Counted from the first letter of the stretch, positions 55,104 through 63,983 are shown. The stretch is DNA of 64,000 nt from Eubacteriales bacterium (GCA_045546895.1 JAZQDS010000068.1:2255-66254); one strand, 5' to 3'. Notes: generated from the sequence alone by a model not told the origin. Program-made: numbers and translations.

Positions 55104-56462
55104 ATGGCCAAAAGTAAACAAATTTATTTTTGCACAGAATGCGGATACGAAAGTCCCAAATGGAACGGTCAATGCCCCCAATGCAAGGCTTGGAATGTTA
55201 TGGAGGAAATGACTCTTCAAGAAAACGCTAAAAGCGGAAACTCCTCGGGGGGAAGACCTACCGCGATTAAGCAAATCAATGAAGTCAGCGGTGGCGATGA
55301 AATTCGCTTTTCTACCGGTATGAAGGAGCTTGATCGTGTTTTGGGTGGCGGATTGGTTCATGGCTCTCTTATTTTGGTAGGTGGAGATCCCGGCATCGGT
55401 AAATCGACATTGCTTTTGCAGATCTGCCAATCATTGGGGGCAGATCGGAAAATTCTATATGTTTCCGGCGAAGAATCAATGAGCCAAATCAAGCTGCGTG
55501 CAGAACGCCTGAAGGTAACATCGCCGAATTTGTTTTTAGCCTGCGAAACCAATGTGGATTCTGTTTTGAATTCTTGCTATACTGAAAAGCCTGATATTTT
55601 GATTGTGGATTCGATCCAAACAATGGTTTGCGATCGCGTAAACAGTACGCCGGGCAGCGTAACTCAGATTAAAGAGGCGACTGCAGCGTTTATGCATATT
55701 GCAAAAGAGGTTGGGATAACAGTATTTGTTATCGGGCATGTTACAAAAGAAGGCTCCCTGGCAGGTCCCAAAATTTTAGAGCATATGGTAGATACCGTTC
55801 TATATTTTGAGGGCGATAAGAATTTAAATCATCGCATTCTACGCACGGTGAAAAATCGCTTCGGTGCAACCAACGAAATCGGCGTTTTTGATATGCAAAA
55901 CAGTGGCTTGGTGGAGGTTGATAATCCTTCGAAGATGTTTCTTGATGGCCGACCCGAAAATGTGCCCGGTACCTGCGTCACCTGTATTCTGGAGGGGACA
56001 AGGCCGGTTTTGGCGGAAATTCAAGCTCTGGTATCCAAAACAGGCTATCCTGTTCCAAAAAGAATGGCAAGCGGTATTGATTATAACAGGATGGCCCTGC
56101 TGATTGCTGTTTTGGAAAAAAGAGCAAATTTTGTTCTTTATAATCAGGATGCTTATATTAATGTTGTTGGCGGATTTCGAGTAATTGAAACAGCTGCTGA
56201 TCTTGCGATCGTTCTTTCAATTGCTTCCGGCTTCTCGGATTTTGAGATGCCCGGAGATTTGATCGCGGTAGGCGAAATTGGGCTTTCGGGCGAGATTCGC
56301 GCGGTCTCCTTTCTGGAAAAACGAATACAAGAGGCTAAAAAGCTCGGCTTCAAAAAGATTATGGTTCCTTCCAGAAACCGCCTTAACCAAAGCTTTGATG
56401 GGATTGAGGTCATTAAGGTTTCCTCGGTTTCTCAAGCAATCTATAAAATTAGGAATTCATAA
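55104..56462 (+). CDS. radA: DNA repair protein RadA (Sms)
   Basis: ORF 55092.. trimmed to ATG 55104. Zinc finger CTECGYESPKWNGQCPQC, Walker A GGDPGIGKSTL, the KNRFG motif and a Lon-like C-domain. Confidence 0.93.
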   Translation: MAKSKQIYFCTECGYESPKWNGQCPQCKAWNVMEEMTLQENAKSGNSSGGRPTAIKQINEVSGGDEIRFSTGMKELDRVLGGGLVHGSLILVGGDPGIGKSTLLLQICQSLGADRKILYVSGEESMSQIKLRAERLKVTSPNLFLACETNVDSVLNSCYTEKPDILIVDSIQTMVCDRVNSTPGSVTQIKEATAAFMHIAKEVGITVFVIGHVTKEGSLAGPKILEHMVDTVLYFEGDKNLNHRILRTVKNRFGATNEIGVFDMQNSGLVEVDNPSKMFLDGRPENVPGTCVTCILEGTRPVLAEIQALVSKTGYPVPKRMASGIDYNRMALLIAVLEKRANFVLYNQDAYINVVGGFRVIETAADLAIVLSIASGFSDFEMPGDLIAVGEIGLSGEIRAVSFLEKRIQEAKKLGFKKIMVPSRNRLNQSFDGIEVIKVSSVSQAIYKIRNS

Positions 56463-56500
56463 AAAACTCCGCAATGCAAAGCATTGCGGAGTTACTTTTT
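56463..56500. terminator. bidirectional terminator (radA / HD-domain gene)
   Basis: AACTCCGCAATGC-AAA-GCATTGCGGAGTT flanked by A and T runs. Confidence 0.8.
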
Positions 56501-57092
56501 ATCTTTTTTCTTCAAGATAGAGCGAGGCTTCCATATCGGCGGTTGCAAGCGCAAAGGCCAGCGGATACATTTCGAAAGCTTTAGAGCAATTTCTGATATC
56601 TTTTTCTTCCGAAAAGCCCATATGATATCGAATGGCAAACGCCTCTTCGCGAGTTAATTTCATAAAGCCACCAATGATATAAACGCTTTTTTCTCCGTGG
56701 CCGTAGGGAAGATTATCATCAAATTCGTAATAGGGGACCTTTTCCCAGACACCGGCATCATTCTTGACATTACGCATCGAGGTTTTATAAACATTCACCT
56801 TGCAAATATCATGCAGGAGAGCAACAATTGCTATGCTTTCCTCGCTATATTCATTTGAAAATAGCTTTTTGGTATACGGGCGCGCGAGATACTCTTTTAA
56901 ATTATTATAAACATTCATGCTGTGTTCGCAAAGCCCACCGGGGTAATTCCCATGGAAACGTGTACTTGCGGGGGCGGAAAAGAAATCCGATCCGCTTCCG
57001 CAAAGATAATCCAAAAGCTCAGCTGCGCCCTCACGCTTGATGGCGGCGCGATAGATGGAACAATATTTTTCTTTTAATACGTTAATTTCCAT
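56499..57092 (-). CDS. HD-domain metal-dependent phosphohydrolase
   Basis: 197 aa with H...HD signature residues (FHGNYPGGLCEHS, ALLHDICK). Confidence 0.7.
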   Translation of the reverse strand: MEINVLKEKYCSIYRAAIKREGAAELLDYLCGSGSDFFSAPASTRFHGNYPGGLCEHSMNVYNNLKEYLARPYTKKLFSNEYSEESIAIVALLHDICKVNVYKTSMRNVKNDAGVWEKVPYYEFDDNLPYGHGEKSVYIIGGFMKLTREEAFAIRYHMGFSEEKDIRNCSKAFEMYPLAFALATADMEASLYLEEKR

Positions 57093-57094
57093 GA

Positions 57095-58195
57095 TTAACC
57101 CTCATTTTCTTTGGTAATATTTTTCCAAATTTTAATTTTTCCGTCTTTTTGAAGATTTTTTAAGATAACAACAGTAACAGGTACCAAGAACATACCGCCG
57201 AAACCAAATAATTTCAAGCCAACCCAAATGCAGAAAAGGGTAACAATAGGAAGCATACCCACATGATCTCCAATGATTTTAGGCTCAAGAATTTGGCGAA
57301 CAATCGTAACTACAATATACATACTGATAATGATCAAGGCGCGCCATGGATCGCCGCTTAAAAGAGAAAAAGCCGCCCAAGGGATTAATACGGTGCCGAC
57401 TCCCAAAACAGGCAAAATATCAATCAACGAGATGAAAAATGCCAGAGATAATGCAGGCTTAAATCCGAAGATTAAGAAAAAGATCAGCAGCTCTGTAAAT
57501 GTAATGAGCATCAGCAGGGAATAGGAACGGATATATTTCCAAAGGGTAGAAAATAGATTGTGCTTAATATAGATCAGCAATTCCTGATTTGCGGGAGAAA
57601 ATTGCGCAAGAACGAATTTTTTAATAATCGGAAAAGCAGATGACATAAAAATGCTGGAAACAACCGTAACAATAAAGAAAACAATGATATTCGGAATATA
57701 AGAAACAACGCTGCCCGCATAACCAACAAGAAGACTCCCCAAAGAACCGGTCAGCAAAGAGCTATAATCATAATTCGTAGCATACTCAACCGCTTCGTTC
57801 AATAAATCATCAGGAATATAAGAAAAAACTCCGCTGGAGTTATTGACCATATCTTTAACTGAGGTAAATAACCCGATAATATATTTGGGCAGGGAAGAGA
57901 GGAGCGCTTTTCCTTCCGCCCAAATTGTTGTTGAAAGAAAAATGCTTGCCGCAATTACAATAATTAAGAGCAAAACAACAGAAATAGCGCTGGCAAGCGG
58001 GCGCGGAAAGCGAAGTTTACCAGTCAGCAAGCGCACTAAAGGTTCCGCAAGCGATGCCGCAACAATTGCGATAATAAACGGAGCAACCGCTCCAAATACA
58101 TAGCGAACCGCAAGATAAGCGAGGAAAATGAAGACCGCAATAAAGGCGATCTGAATTAAAAAGTGAAGTCTTTTATAATCACGATTTGAAAGCAT
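57095..58195 (-). CDS. AI-2E family transporter, YtvI-like sporulation integral membrane protein
   Basis: 366 aa with 7-8 TM segments. The C-terminal pattern ILPVLGVGTVLIPWA...QILEPKIIG is typical of the AI-2E/PerM family. It resembles the YtvI subfamily but is not proven to be one. Confidence 0.7.
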   Translation of the reverse strand: MLSNRDYKRLHFLIQIAFIAVFIFLAYLAVRYVFGAVAPFIIAIVAASLAEPLVRLLTGKLRFPRPLASAISVVLLLIIVIAASIFLSTTIWAEGKALLSSLPKYIIGLFTSVKDMVNNSSGVFSYIPDDLLNEAVEYATNYDYSSLLTGSLGSLLVGYAGSVVSYIPNIIVFFIVTVVSSIFMSSAFPIIKKFVLAQFSPANQELLIYIKHNLFSTLWKYIRSYSLLMLITFTELLIFFLIFGFKPALSLAFFISLIDILPVLGVGTVLIPWAAFSLLSGDPWRALIIISMYIVVTIVRQILEPKIIGDHVGMLPIVTLFCIWVGLKLFGFGGMFLVPVTVVILKNLQKDGKIKIWKNITKENEG

Positions 58196-58348
58196 TATGA
58201 CACTCCATATATTTTGATAATGTAATTATAACACATCATATTTTAAAAAATAAAGTATATTTTAAAAATTTAATATTTTCTTGAAATTTAATTATAAAAA
58301 TGTTATATTGTTTTTGTTGGAACAACAATTGATTTTGGGAGAAAAACA

Positions 58349-58792
58349 ATGAAACAAGAATTCTATATTATTGATAAAAATGTTTTACCGGAAGTATTTT
58401 CGAAGGTCATTGAGGCCAAGCGCTATCTGCAATCGGGTGAATGCAAAACAATTAATGATGCAACCAAGCTGGCCGGAATTTCCAGGAGTGTATTTTATAA
58501 ATATAAAGATAGTGTTCAAGTATTTGTTGAAAAGGATCAGCAAAATATAATCACAATCATCTTATATCTTTCGGATGAAGTTGGTGCCTTATCGCGCGTA
58601 TTATCGCTGATATCATCGGTAGGAGCCAGTATTCTAACCATTAATCAGAGCATTCCGATCAACGGAATTGCTCCGGTATCGATCTCTTTTGATACCCTAA
58701 GCATGGATCTTTCTCTTGATCAGCTTTTGGAAGATATGGAAGCGTTAAAAGGTGTTATTAGTGTGAAGCCGGTAGCAAAAGAACGGGGCTGA
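58349..58792 (+). CDS. UPF0735 ACT-domain protein (PheB-like)
   Basis: 147 aa. The N-terminal helical part (LPEVFSKVIEAKRYL...ISRSVFYKYKD) plus an ACT domain closely resemble B. subtilis PheB as I recall it. Confidence 0.8.
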   Translation: MKQEFYIIDKNVLPEVFSKVIEAKRYLQSGECKTINDATKLAGISRSVFYKYKDSVQVFVEKDQQNIITIILYLSDEVGALSRVLSLISSVGASILTINQSIPINGIAPVSISFDTLSMDLSLDQLLEDMEALKGVISVKPVAKERG

Positions 58793-58847
58793 CAATATAA
58801 TATATTGAGTTTAAAAATTCATGCCTGAATGACTCTTTGGAGGTATT

Positions 58848-59576
58848 ATGAGCCTTATTGTTCAAAAATTCGGCGGTACATCTTTGGCCGATCGAATTTG
58901 CATCAATAATGTTGCCAATATTATAAGCAGGCGAATGCGGGAAGGAAATCGCGTTGTAACAGTTGTTTCGGCGCAGGGAGATACAACCGATCATCTTTTG
59001 GCAAAAGCCAATGAACTTTCAAATTCTCCCGATTTACGAGAGCTTGATGCCTTAATTTCTACCGGCGAGCAAGCCTCGGCCGCTCTTCTTGCGATCGCCT
59101 TAAAAAGTTTTGGTGTTTCTGCGGTGTCCTTGAATGGTTTGCAGGCCGGAATTAAAACAAATTCCGAATTTGGTAATGCGTCCATTCAATCCATCGATCC
59201 CTTGAGGATTAATATGTATCTAAAACGAGGAACTGCAGTTATTGTTACAGGATTTCAAGGTGTTGACGCGGAAGGGGAGATAACAACCCTTGGAAGGGGA
59301 GGTTCTGATACGTCTGCCGTTGCCTTGGCAATCGCCTTAAATGCCGATGAATGCCGTATTTATAAAGACGTTGATGGGATTTATACTGCTGATCCGCGTA
59401 TTTACTCCGATGCTAAGAAAATCGATTTGATGAGCTATGAACAGATGCTTGAATTGGCGGATGCGGGCTCCGGTGTTTTGCAACGGAGAAGCATTGAGCT
59501 TGCGCAAGAACATGGATTAACGCTCCATATTCTTTCAAGCTTTCAAAAAACAAGCGGAACCATTATCAGGAACTGA
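58848..59576 (+). CDS. aspartate kinase, catalytic AAK domain only (no ACT domains)
   Basis: 242 aa. Motifs VQKFGGTS, VVSAQGDTTD, LGRGGSDTSAVALA and IYKDVDGIYTADPR. The ORF stops where the ACT domains normally begin and is followed at once by a strong terminator. Confidence 0.85.
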   Translation: MSLIVQKFGGTSLADRICINNVANIISRRMREGNRVVTVVSAQGDTTDHLLAKANELSNSPDLRELDALISTGEQASAALLAIALKSFGVSAVSLNGLQAGIKTNSEFGNASIQSIDPLRINMYLKRGTAVIVTGFQGVDAEGEITTLGRGGSDTSAVALAIALNADECRIYKDVDGIYTADPRIYSDAKKIDLMSYEQMLELADAGSGVLQRRSIELAQEHGLTLHILSSFQKTSGTIIRN

Positions 59577-59584
59577 TATCAAGG

Positions 59585-59617
59585 ACAAGCTTACCGAAAT
59601 TGGTAAGCTTGTTTTTA
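59585..59617. terminator. bidirectional terminator (aspartate kinase / sigK)
   Basis: ACAAGCTTACC-GAAAT-GGTAAGCTTGT followed by a T run. The sigK stop overlaps the T tract. Confidence 0.8.
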
Positions 59618-60292
59618 TTTGTAGTATTCTCGCAGGTGTCGGATCGCTTTTGTTTCAATTCTTGATACATAGCTTCTCGAAATTCCTAACTTTTCGGCGA
59701 TTTTTTTTTGGGTCATCGGGATGGTATTGAAAAGGCCATATCGCATGATGAGAATTTGTTTTTCACGCGAGGGGATTTTATCAAGATATTCATATAGTTT
59801 TTCGCATTTCATTTTTAAATCAAGATCCTCGGCATATTGTTCCTCTTCATAAACAATATCCATAAAAGTTAAGGCGTTGCCATCACCGTCGGTATCGATC
59901 GGATCATCGATATTAACATCATTTTGGCGCTTTTTTTGATTTCTGAAATACATTAAAATTTCATTTTCAATGCAGCGGGCTGCATATGTTGCCAATCTGG
60001 CGCCGTTTTTATGATTAAATGTAGATACTCCCTTGATTAGGCCGATTGTTCCGATTGAAATAAGGTCGTCTTGATCTTTATTGGTGGAATAATACTTTTT
60101 TATAATATGAGCAACAAGTCTTAAATTTCGTTCTATAAGGATATTGCGTGCCTCAATATCACCTTTTTTGTATTGCTCTAAATAATAACGTTCTTCCGCC
60201 GCGGTCAATGGTTTTGGAAAGGTAGCACCGCCGGAAAGATAAAGCATCAGAAAAATAGTTCTATCCAAAAATTCCTGAAAAGGAAAAAGCAT
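59615..60292 (-). CDS. sigK: sporulation sigma factor, pro-SigK-like (uninterrupted)
   Basis: ORF ..60340 trimmed to ATG 60292 after AGAGGTGA. FPKPLT follows a short hydrophobic pro-sequence. NLRLVAHIIKKY, DLISIGTIGLIKG and LATYAARCIENEILMY are closer to SigK than to SigE. The region 4 HTH is present. Confidence 0.75.
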   Translation of the reverse strand: MLFPFQEFLDRTIFLMLYLSGGATFPKPLTAAEERYYLEQYKKGDIEARNILIERNLRLVAHIIKKYYSTNKDQDDLISIGTIGLIKGVSTFNHKNGARLATYAARCIENEILMYFRNQKKRQNDVNIDDPIDTDGDGNALTFMDIVYEEEQYAEDLDLKMKCEKLYEYLDKIPSREKQILIMRYGLFNTIPMTQKKIAEKLGISRSYVSRIETKAIRHLREYYK

Positions 60293-60356
60293 AAAATCAC
60301 CTCTTTGCATATTTATGCTTTGGCGGCTTGTCAGTTGCAAAATAATTGCTTAACGG

Positions 60357-60385
60357 TTGACAAAAAACGCTATAATTGATAAGAT
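60357..60385 (+). promoter_or_regulatory. sigmaA-type promoter candidate for ORF 60414
   Basis: TTGACA (60357-60362), a 17-bp spacer, then TAAGAT (60380-60385). Confidence 0.4.
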
Positions 60386-60413
60386 ATTAATAATTGAATT
60401 GGAGGCGTTTATT

Positions 60414-60788
60414 TTGATAGCCATTAAAAAAGTAGAGGATCTTAAGCAACGAAACATTATAGCCGAAACATTTTCCATAGAACTTCAGGCAGAGGATAAA
60501 TTAATTGCTACATTTGATGGGGATGAAATACTGCAATGTGCTGTTTTCTGCTATGAAAATGAATGCGGAAAAATACGTTTGCTCGAGGGATTTGACGGAA
60601 ACCTCGATTATTTAGACGGTTTATGCCGTTCGATTCTCAATATTATGGATATTAACGGTGTAAAGGAAATCTACTTGCCGTTAAAATATGAAAAAATTGC
60701 TAAAAAAATTGGGTTTTCGCTTAAAAATGATGCTTTTTTCTTAAATTTAGAGGGATTTTTCAGCTGCGGATGCGGCTGTGGTAAATAA
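60414..60788 (+). CDS. hypothetical 124-aa protein with a C-terminal SCGCGCGK tail
   Basis: ORF 60357.. trimmed to TTG 60414, 8 nt after GGAGG, because the 5' part of the long ORF is the promoter. The alpha/beta pattern is vaguely GNAT-like, but I recognise no family. Confidence 0.45.
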   Translation: MIAIKKVEDLKQRNIIAETFSIELQAEDKLIATFDGDEILQCAVFCYENECGKIRLLEGFDGNLDYLDGLCRSILNIMDINGVKEIYLPLKYEKIAKKIGFSLKNDAFFLNLEGFFSCGCGCGK

Positions 60789-60802
60789 AAAGGAGCTTAA
60801 AA

Positions 60803-61597
60803 ATGGGATTAAAAGAGAAAAAATTGTTTTTATTGGATATGGATGGTACCATTTATTTGGATCAAGAGCTTTTTGATGGCACATTGGATTTTTTGGAATA
60901 TGTTAAATCCATTGGCGGCAGAGCAATGTATTTAACGAACAATAGTTCTAAAAGTGTGAATAAGTATATCGAAAAGCTGGGTTCCATGGGCATTGTTGCG
61001 GAAAAAAAGGATTTTACAACATCCGCGCAGGCAACTGCATTATATCTGCAAAAAACGCATAAAAACGACCGTTTATATGTATTCGGAACGCAGGCATTGA
61101 AGGATGAATTAAAGCTTTACGGTTTGAATATAACCGATAAATTGGAAGATGAAATTAAATGTCTGGTAATGGGTTTTGATACAGAATTGTGCTTCCAGAA
61201 GCTGGAAGATGCATGTATCTTGCTAAATAGAGGTGTAGATTACATTGCAACTAATCCTGATTGGGTTTGCCCGACATGGTATGGTTCGGTACCGGATTGC
61301 GGCTCTGTTGCTGCAATGCTTTATAATGCTACCAAAAGACGCCCCAAATTTATAGGAAAACCGGAGCCCACTATGATTGAACTTGCAATCGAAGAAACGG
61401 GATTTGCAAAAGAGCAGGCAATCATTTTGGGGGATCGTCTTTATACTGATATTGCAAGCGGCAGTAATGCAGGAATCGATACCGCATTAATGCTGAGCGG
61501 TGAATCAACAATGGAGGATGTAAAAACCTTTGAAGGAAAAGCTCCTACATATATTTTCGATAATATCAGAGCATTCCTTAATGCAATTCAAGAATAA
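60803..61597 (+). CDS. HAD-IIA family hydrolase (NagD-like sugar phosphatase)
   Basis: FLLDMDGT motif I, YLTNNSS motif II, and KP...GDRLYTDI motifs III-IV. Confidence 0.85.
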   Translation: MGLKEKKLFLLDMDGTIYLDQELFDGTLDFLEYVKSIGGRAMYLTNNSSKSVNKYIEKLGSMGIVAEKKDFTTSAQATALYLQKTHKNDRLYVFGTQALKDELKLYGLNITDKLEDEIKCLVMGFDTELCFQKLEDACILLNRGVDYIATNPDWVCPTWYGSVPDCGSVAAMLYNATKRRPKFIGKPEPTMIELAIEETGFAKEQAIILGDRLYTDIASGSNAGIDTALMLSGESTMEDVKTFEGKAPTYIFDNIRAFLNAIQE

Positions 61598-61610
61598 GGC
61601 TGAAAAACAA

Positions 61611-61640
61611 AGAAAACCGCCAATTGGGCGGTTTTCTTTT
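61611..61640 (+). terminator. intrinsic terminator after the HAD gene
   Basis: GAAAACCGCC-AATT-GGGCGGTTTTC followed by a T run. Confidence 0.75.
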
Positions 61641-61664
61641 ATTATATTTATATTAGTACTCCCC

Positions 61665-61698
61665 TCAACTGCACAAAATATCCATTTTGTGCAGTTGA
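61665..61698. repeat. perfect inverted repeat, 15-bp arms with a 4-nt spacer
   Basis: TCAACTGCACAAAAT-ATCC-ATTTTGTGCAGTTGA. The right arm overlaps the TTGACA -35 box at 61695-61700. Confidence 0.8.
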
Positions 61699-61723
61699 CA
61701 TTTCTGATTTAATATAGTATAAT
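61695..61723 (+). promoter_or_regulatory. consensus sigmaA promoter for the second Xer-type recombinase
   Basis: TTGACA (61695-61700), a 17-bp spacer, then TATAAT (61718-61723). Confidence 0.6.
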
Positions 61724-61778
61724 CAAAGCGTGAGATATCCTCCCCGCAATCTATTTTTTGATTTTTAGGAGAATTTTT

Positions 61779-62756
61779 ATGATTAATTACGAGAGGCTTC
61801 CCCAGATTGCCAAGGATTTCATTTTTTATCTTGAAATTGTTTGCGGTAAATCCAAATCCACTACATATGAATATGTGTTAGATCTTGAAAATTTCTTACG
61901 GTATATGAAATTCAAAAAAAATCGCTTGTCAAGTGATACTAAGCTGCATGATATCCCCATTAATGATGTGGATATTTCGTTCATTGCTTCCCTTACAGTT
62001 GAGGATATTTATGAATTTTTTTATTACTGTCGTGAAAAGCGCAATAATAATTCACGAAGTATTGCGCGAAAAATGTCAACCTTGCGGGTGTTTTTTCGAT
62101 ATTTAACGATCAAAACCCATCAGCTCGAAAGCAATCCTATGGATGGTATACAGACCCCTTCCCTACCCAAAACCCTCCCAAAATACCTTACGCTTGAGGA
62201 AAGCGAGGAATTGCTGGCGGCTGTTAAGAAAAATCGAAGGGATTATGCAATATTAACCCTGTTCTTGAATTGCGGAATGCGCTTAGCAGAATTGGTTTCC
62301 CTTGATCTTTCTGATATTAAAAATGAATATGTTGTAATTACCGGTAAGGGTAATAAGCAAAGAACCATTCATCTTAACCCTGCTTGCCGCTCTGCGATTG
62401 ATGATTATCTTCAATTTGAGCGCCCTAATGAAAATTTGATTGATCCTCAAGCATTATTTATTAGCCGAAATCGAACCAGAATTTCCAGGCGAGCCGTTCA
62501 AAATATTGTGGAAAAATATATTAAGCTGGCAGGACTTGATGGTAAGGAACTTTCAACCCATAAGCTTCGCCATACTGCAGCCACTTTAATGCATCGCCAT
62601 GGCCATGTTGATATTCGTGTGCTTCAGGAGATTCTGGGGCACGAAAATCTCGGTACAACGCAAATTTATACCCATATCGACAGCGAAACCATTAAAGAAG
62701 CCTCTATGAATAATCCCCTATCAAAAATTAAGCGATCTAATCAAGAAAACGAATAA
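61779..62756 (+). CDS. XerC/XerD-family tyrosine recombinase
   Basis: ORF 61758.. trimmed to ATG 61779, 7 nt after AGGAG. N-terminal SAM-like domain (STTYEYVLDL) and catalytic residues (GMRLAEL, HKLRHTAATLM, LGHENLGTTQIYTH). Confidence 0.8.
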   Translation: MINYERLPQIAKDFIFYLEIVCGKSKSTTYEYVLDLENFLRYMKFKKNRLSSDTKLHDIPINDVDISFIASLTVEDIYEFFYYCREKRNNNSRSIARKMSTLRVFFRYLTIKTHQLESNPMDGIQTPSLPKTLPKYLTLEESEELLAAVKKNRRDYAILTLFLNCGMRLAELVSLDLSDIKNEYVVITGKGNKQRTIHLNPACRSAIDDYLQFERPNENLIDPQALFISRNRTRISRRAVQNIVEKYIKLAGLDGKELSTHKLRHTAATLMHRHGHVDIRVLQEILGHENLGTTQIYTHIDSETIKEASMNNPLSKIKRSNQENE

Positions 62757-62787
62757 AAGAGTGTTGCTCTGCAACACTCTTTTTTTA
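62757..62787. terminator. bidirectional terminator (recombinase / pepP)
   Basis: AGAGTGTTGC-TCT-GCAACACTCT flanked by A4 and T7. Confidence 0.8.
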
Positions 62788-63855
62788 TTAAAGAATAATT
62801 AATTCTTTTGGAGAATGAGTCAAATTATCAAAAGAACTTTCTGTAATGGCAACAATATCCTCAATTCGAACACCGAATTGGTTCTCCAGATAGATACCGG
62901 GCTCAACACTTAATACCATTCCCGGCTCCAATAAAGTTTCGTCTCGCGTATTAAACGAAGGGGATTCATGGACCTCAATGCCAAGACTATGCCCCAATCC
63001 GTGCCCAAAACAACCGTTGAAGCCTTTATCGTAGATATAATTTCGCGCCGCAGCGTCAATTGATTTACAAACTGCTCCGGGTTTAATCGCTTCAAATGCT
63101 TTATTTTGAGCCTCCAGAACCGTATAATATACTTCTCGCATTCTATCGCTTGCACTACCAACAGCAATTGTACGCGTCATGTCCGAGCAATATCCTTTAT
63201 AAACTGCGCCGAAGTCCATTGTTACAAAATCACCCTTTTGGATGTTATAATCCCCGGGTGAGCCATGGGGCAAAGAAGAATTCTTCCCACCAACAACAAT
63301 GAAATCAAAAGCAATTCCATCGCTCCCCTGCTTACGAAGAAAGAATTCCATGTCAAGCATGATTTCACGTTCGGAAATACCGGGGCGAATGCGGTTCAAT
63401 ATATAAGAAAAGGTTTCATCAGTAATGCGTTGCGCTTCCTTAATTGCAGATAATTCTTTTAGCGATTTTTCTGCCCGCATTTTGAGAAGTAAGTCGGACA
63501 GACTGGATTTTTCAATAATTTCGGCATTTTTCAGGCAGTGTTTAAGACTTATGAATGCATCAAGCGTGATGCTTGAAGATTCAACATAAAAATTTTTAAT
63601 TTCATTCGTATCAATGAAATTTTGAATTTGAGCCATTCGATTGGTTTGAAGGGTTGTTTTACAATGAGAAATAGTTTTAGCCGCTTTCTCAAAGTAGCGA
63701 AAATCTATAAAGAATTCTGCAGTTTCCTTTGTGATTAATAGCGTTCCTGCTGAAGATGAAAAACCGGTAAGATAAAGCCGATTAGGCTTACTCTCGATCA
63801 TGAAGGCTTCCCCGTTCTTCAGCGCCGCTTGAATTTTTTTAATTCGATGGATCAA
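62788..63855 (-). CDS. pepP: M24-family Xaa-Pro aminopeptidase
   Basis: Creatinase-like N-domain, and M24 metal ligands in context (DFGAVYKGYCSDMTRT, GHGLGHSLGIEVHE, EPGIY, VRIED). TTG start after AGGAGGGA. Confidence 0.88.
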   Translation of the reverse strand: MIHRIKKIQAALKNGEAFMIESKPNRLYLTGFSSSAGTLLITKETAEFFIDFRYFEKAAKTISHCKTTLQTNRMAQIQNFIDTNEIKNFYVESSSITLDAFISLKHCLKNAEIIEKSSLSDLLLKMRAEKSLKELSAIKEAQRITDETFSYILNRIRPGISEREIMLDMEFFLRKQGSDGIAFDFIVVGGKNSSLPHGSPGDYNIQKGDFVTMDFGAVYKGYCSDMTRTIAVGSASDRMREVYYTVLEAQNKAFEAIKPGAVCKSIDAAARNYIYDKGFNGCFGHGLGHSLGIEVHESPSFNTRDETLLEPGMVLSVEPGIYLENQFGVRIEDIVAITESSFDNLTHSPKELIIL

Positions 63856-63876
63856 AAAAATCCCTCCTTTTTAGTT

Positions 63877-63908
63877 AAAAAAAGACAAGTCTTTCGACTT
63901 GTCTTTTT
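63877..63908. terminator. terminator hairpin downstream of tRNA-Cys (minus strand)
   Basis: AAAGACAAGTC-TTTC-GACTTGTCTTT flanked by A and T runs. Confidence 0.75.
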
Positions 63909-63983
63909 TGGAGGTGCCAATCGGATTTGAACCGATGAATAAAGGTTTTGCAGACCTTTGCCTTACCACTTGGCTATGGCACC
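63909..63983 (-). tRNA. tRNA-Cys (anticodon GCA), CCA encoded
   Basis: The reverse complement is GGTGCCATAGCCAAGTGGTAAGGCAAAGGTCTGCAAAACCTTTATTCATCGGTTCAAATCCGATTGGCACCTCCA. It folds into a cloverleaf with acceptor GGTGCCA/TGGCACC, anticodon loop CTGCAAA and discriminator U. Confidence 0.9.

Noticed and set aside
58848-59576. The short aspartate kinase as a truncated pseudogene.
   Set aside because: The catalytic domain is intact end to end. The stop is followed directly by a strong terminator and then by sigK on the other strand. No ACT-like reading frame exists downstream. I kept it as a finding rather than calling it a pseudogene.
59615-60340. Whether sigK is interrupted by a skin-like element or truncated, and the longer ORF start at 60340.
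   Set aside because: Regions 2 to 4 are contiguous in one 225-aa ORF. The upstream 16 codons lack an RBS, whereas ATG 60292 follows AGAGGTGA and gives a short SigK-like pro-sequence.
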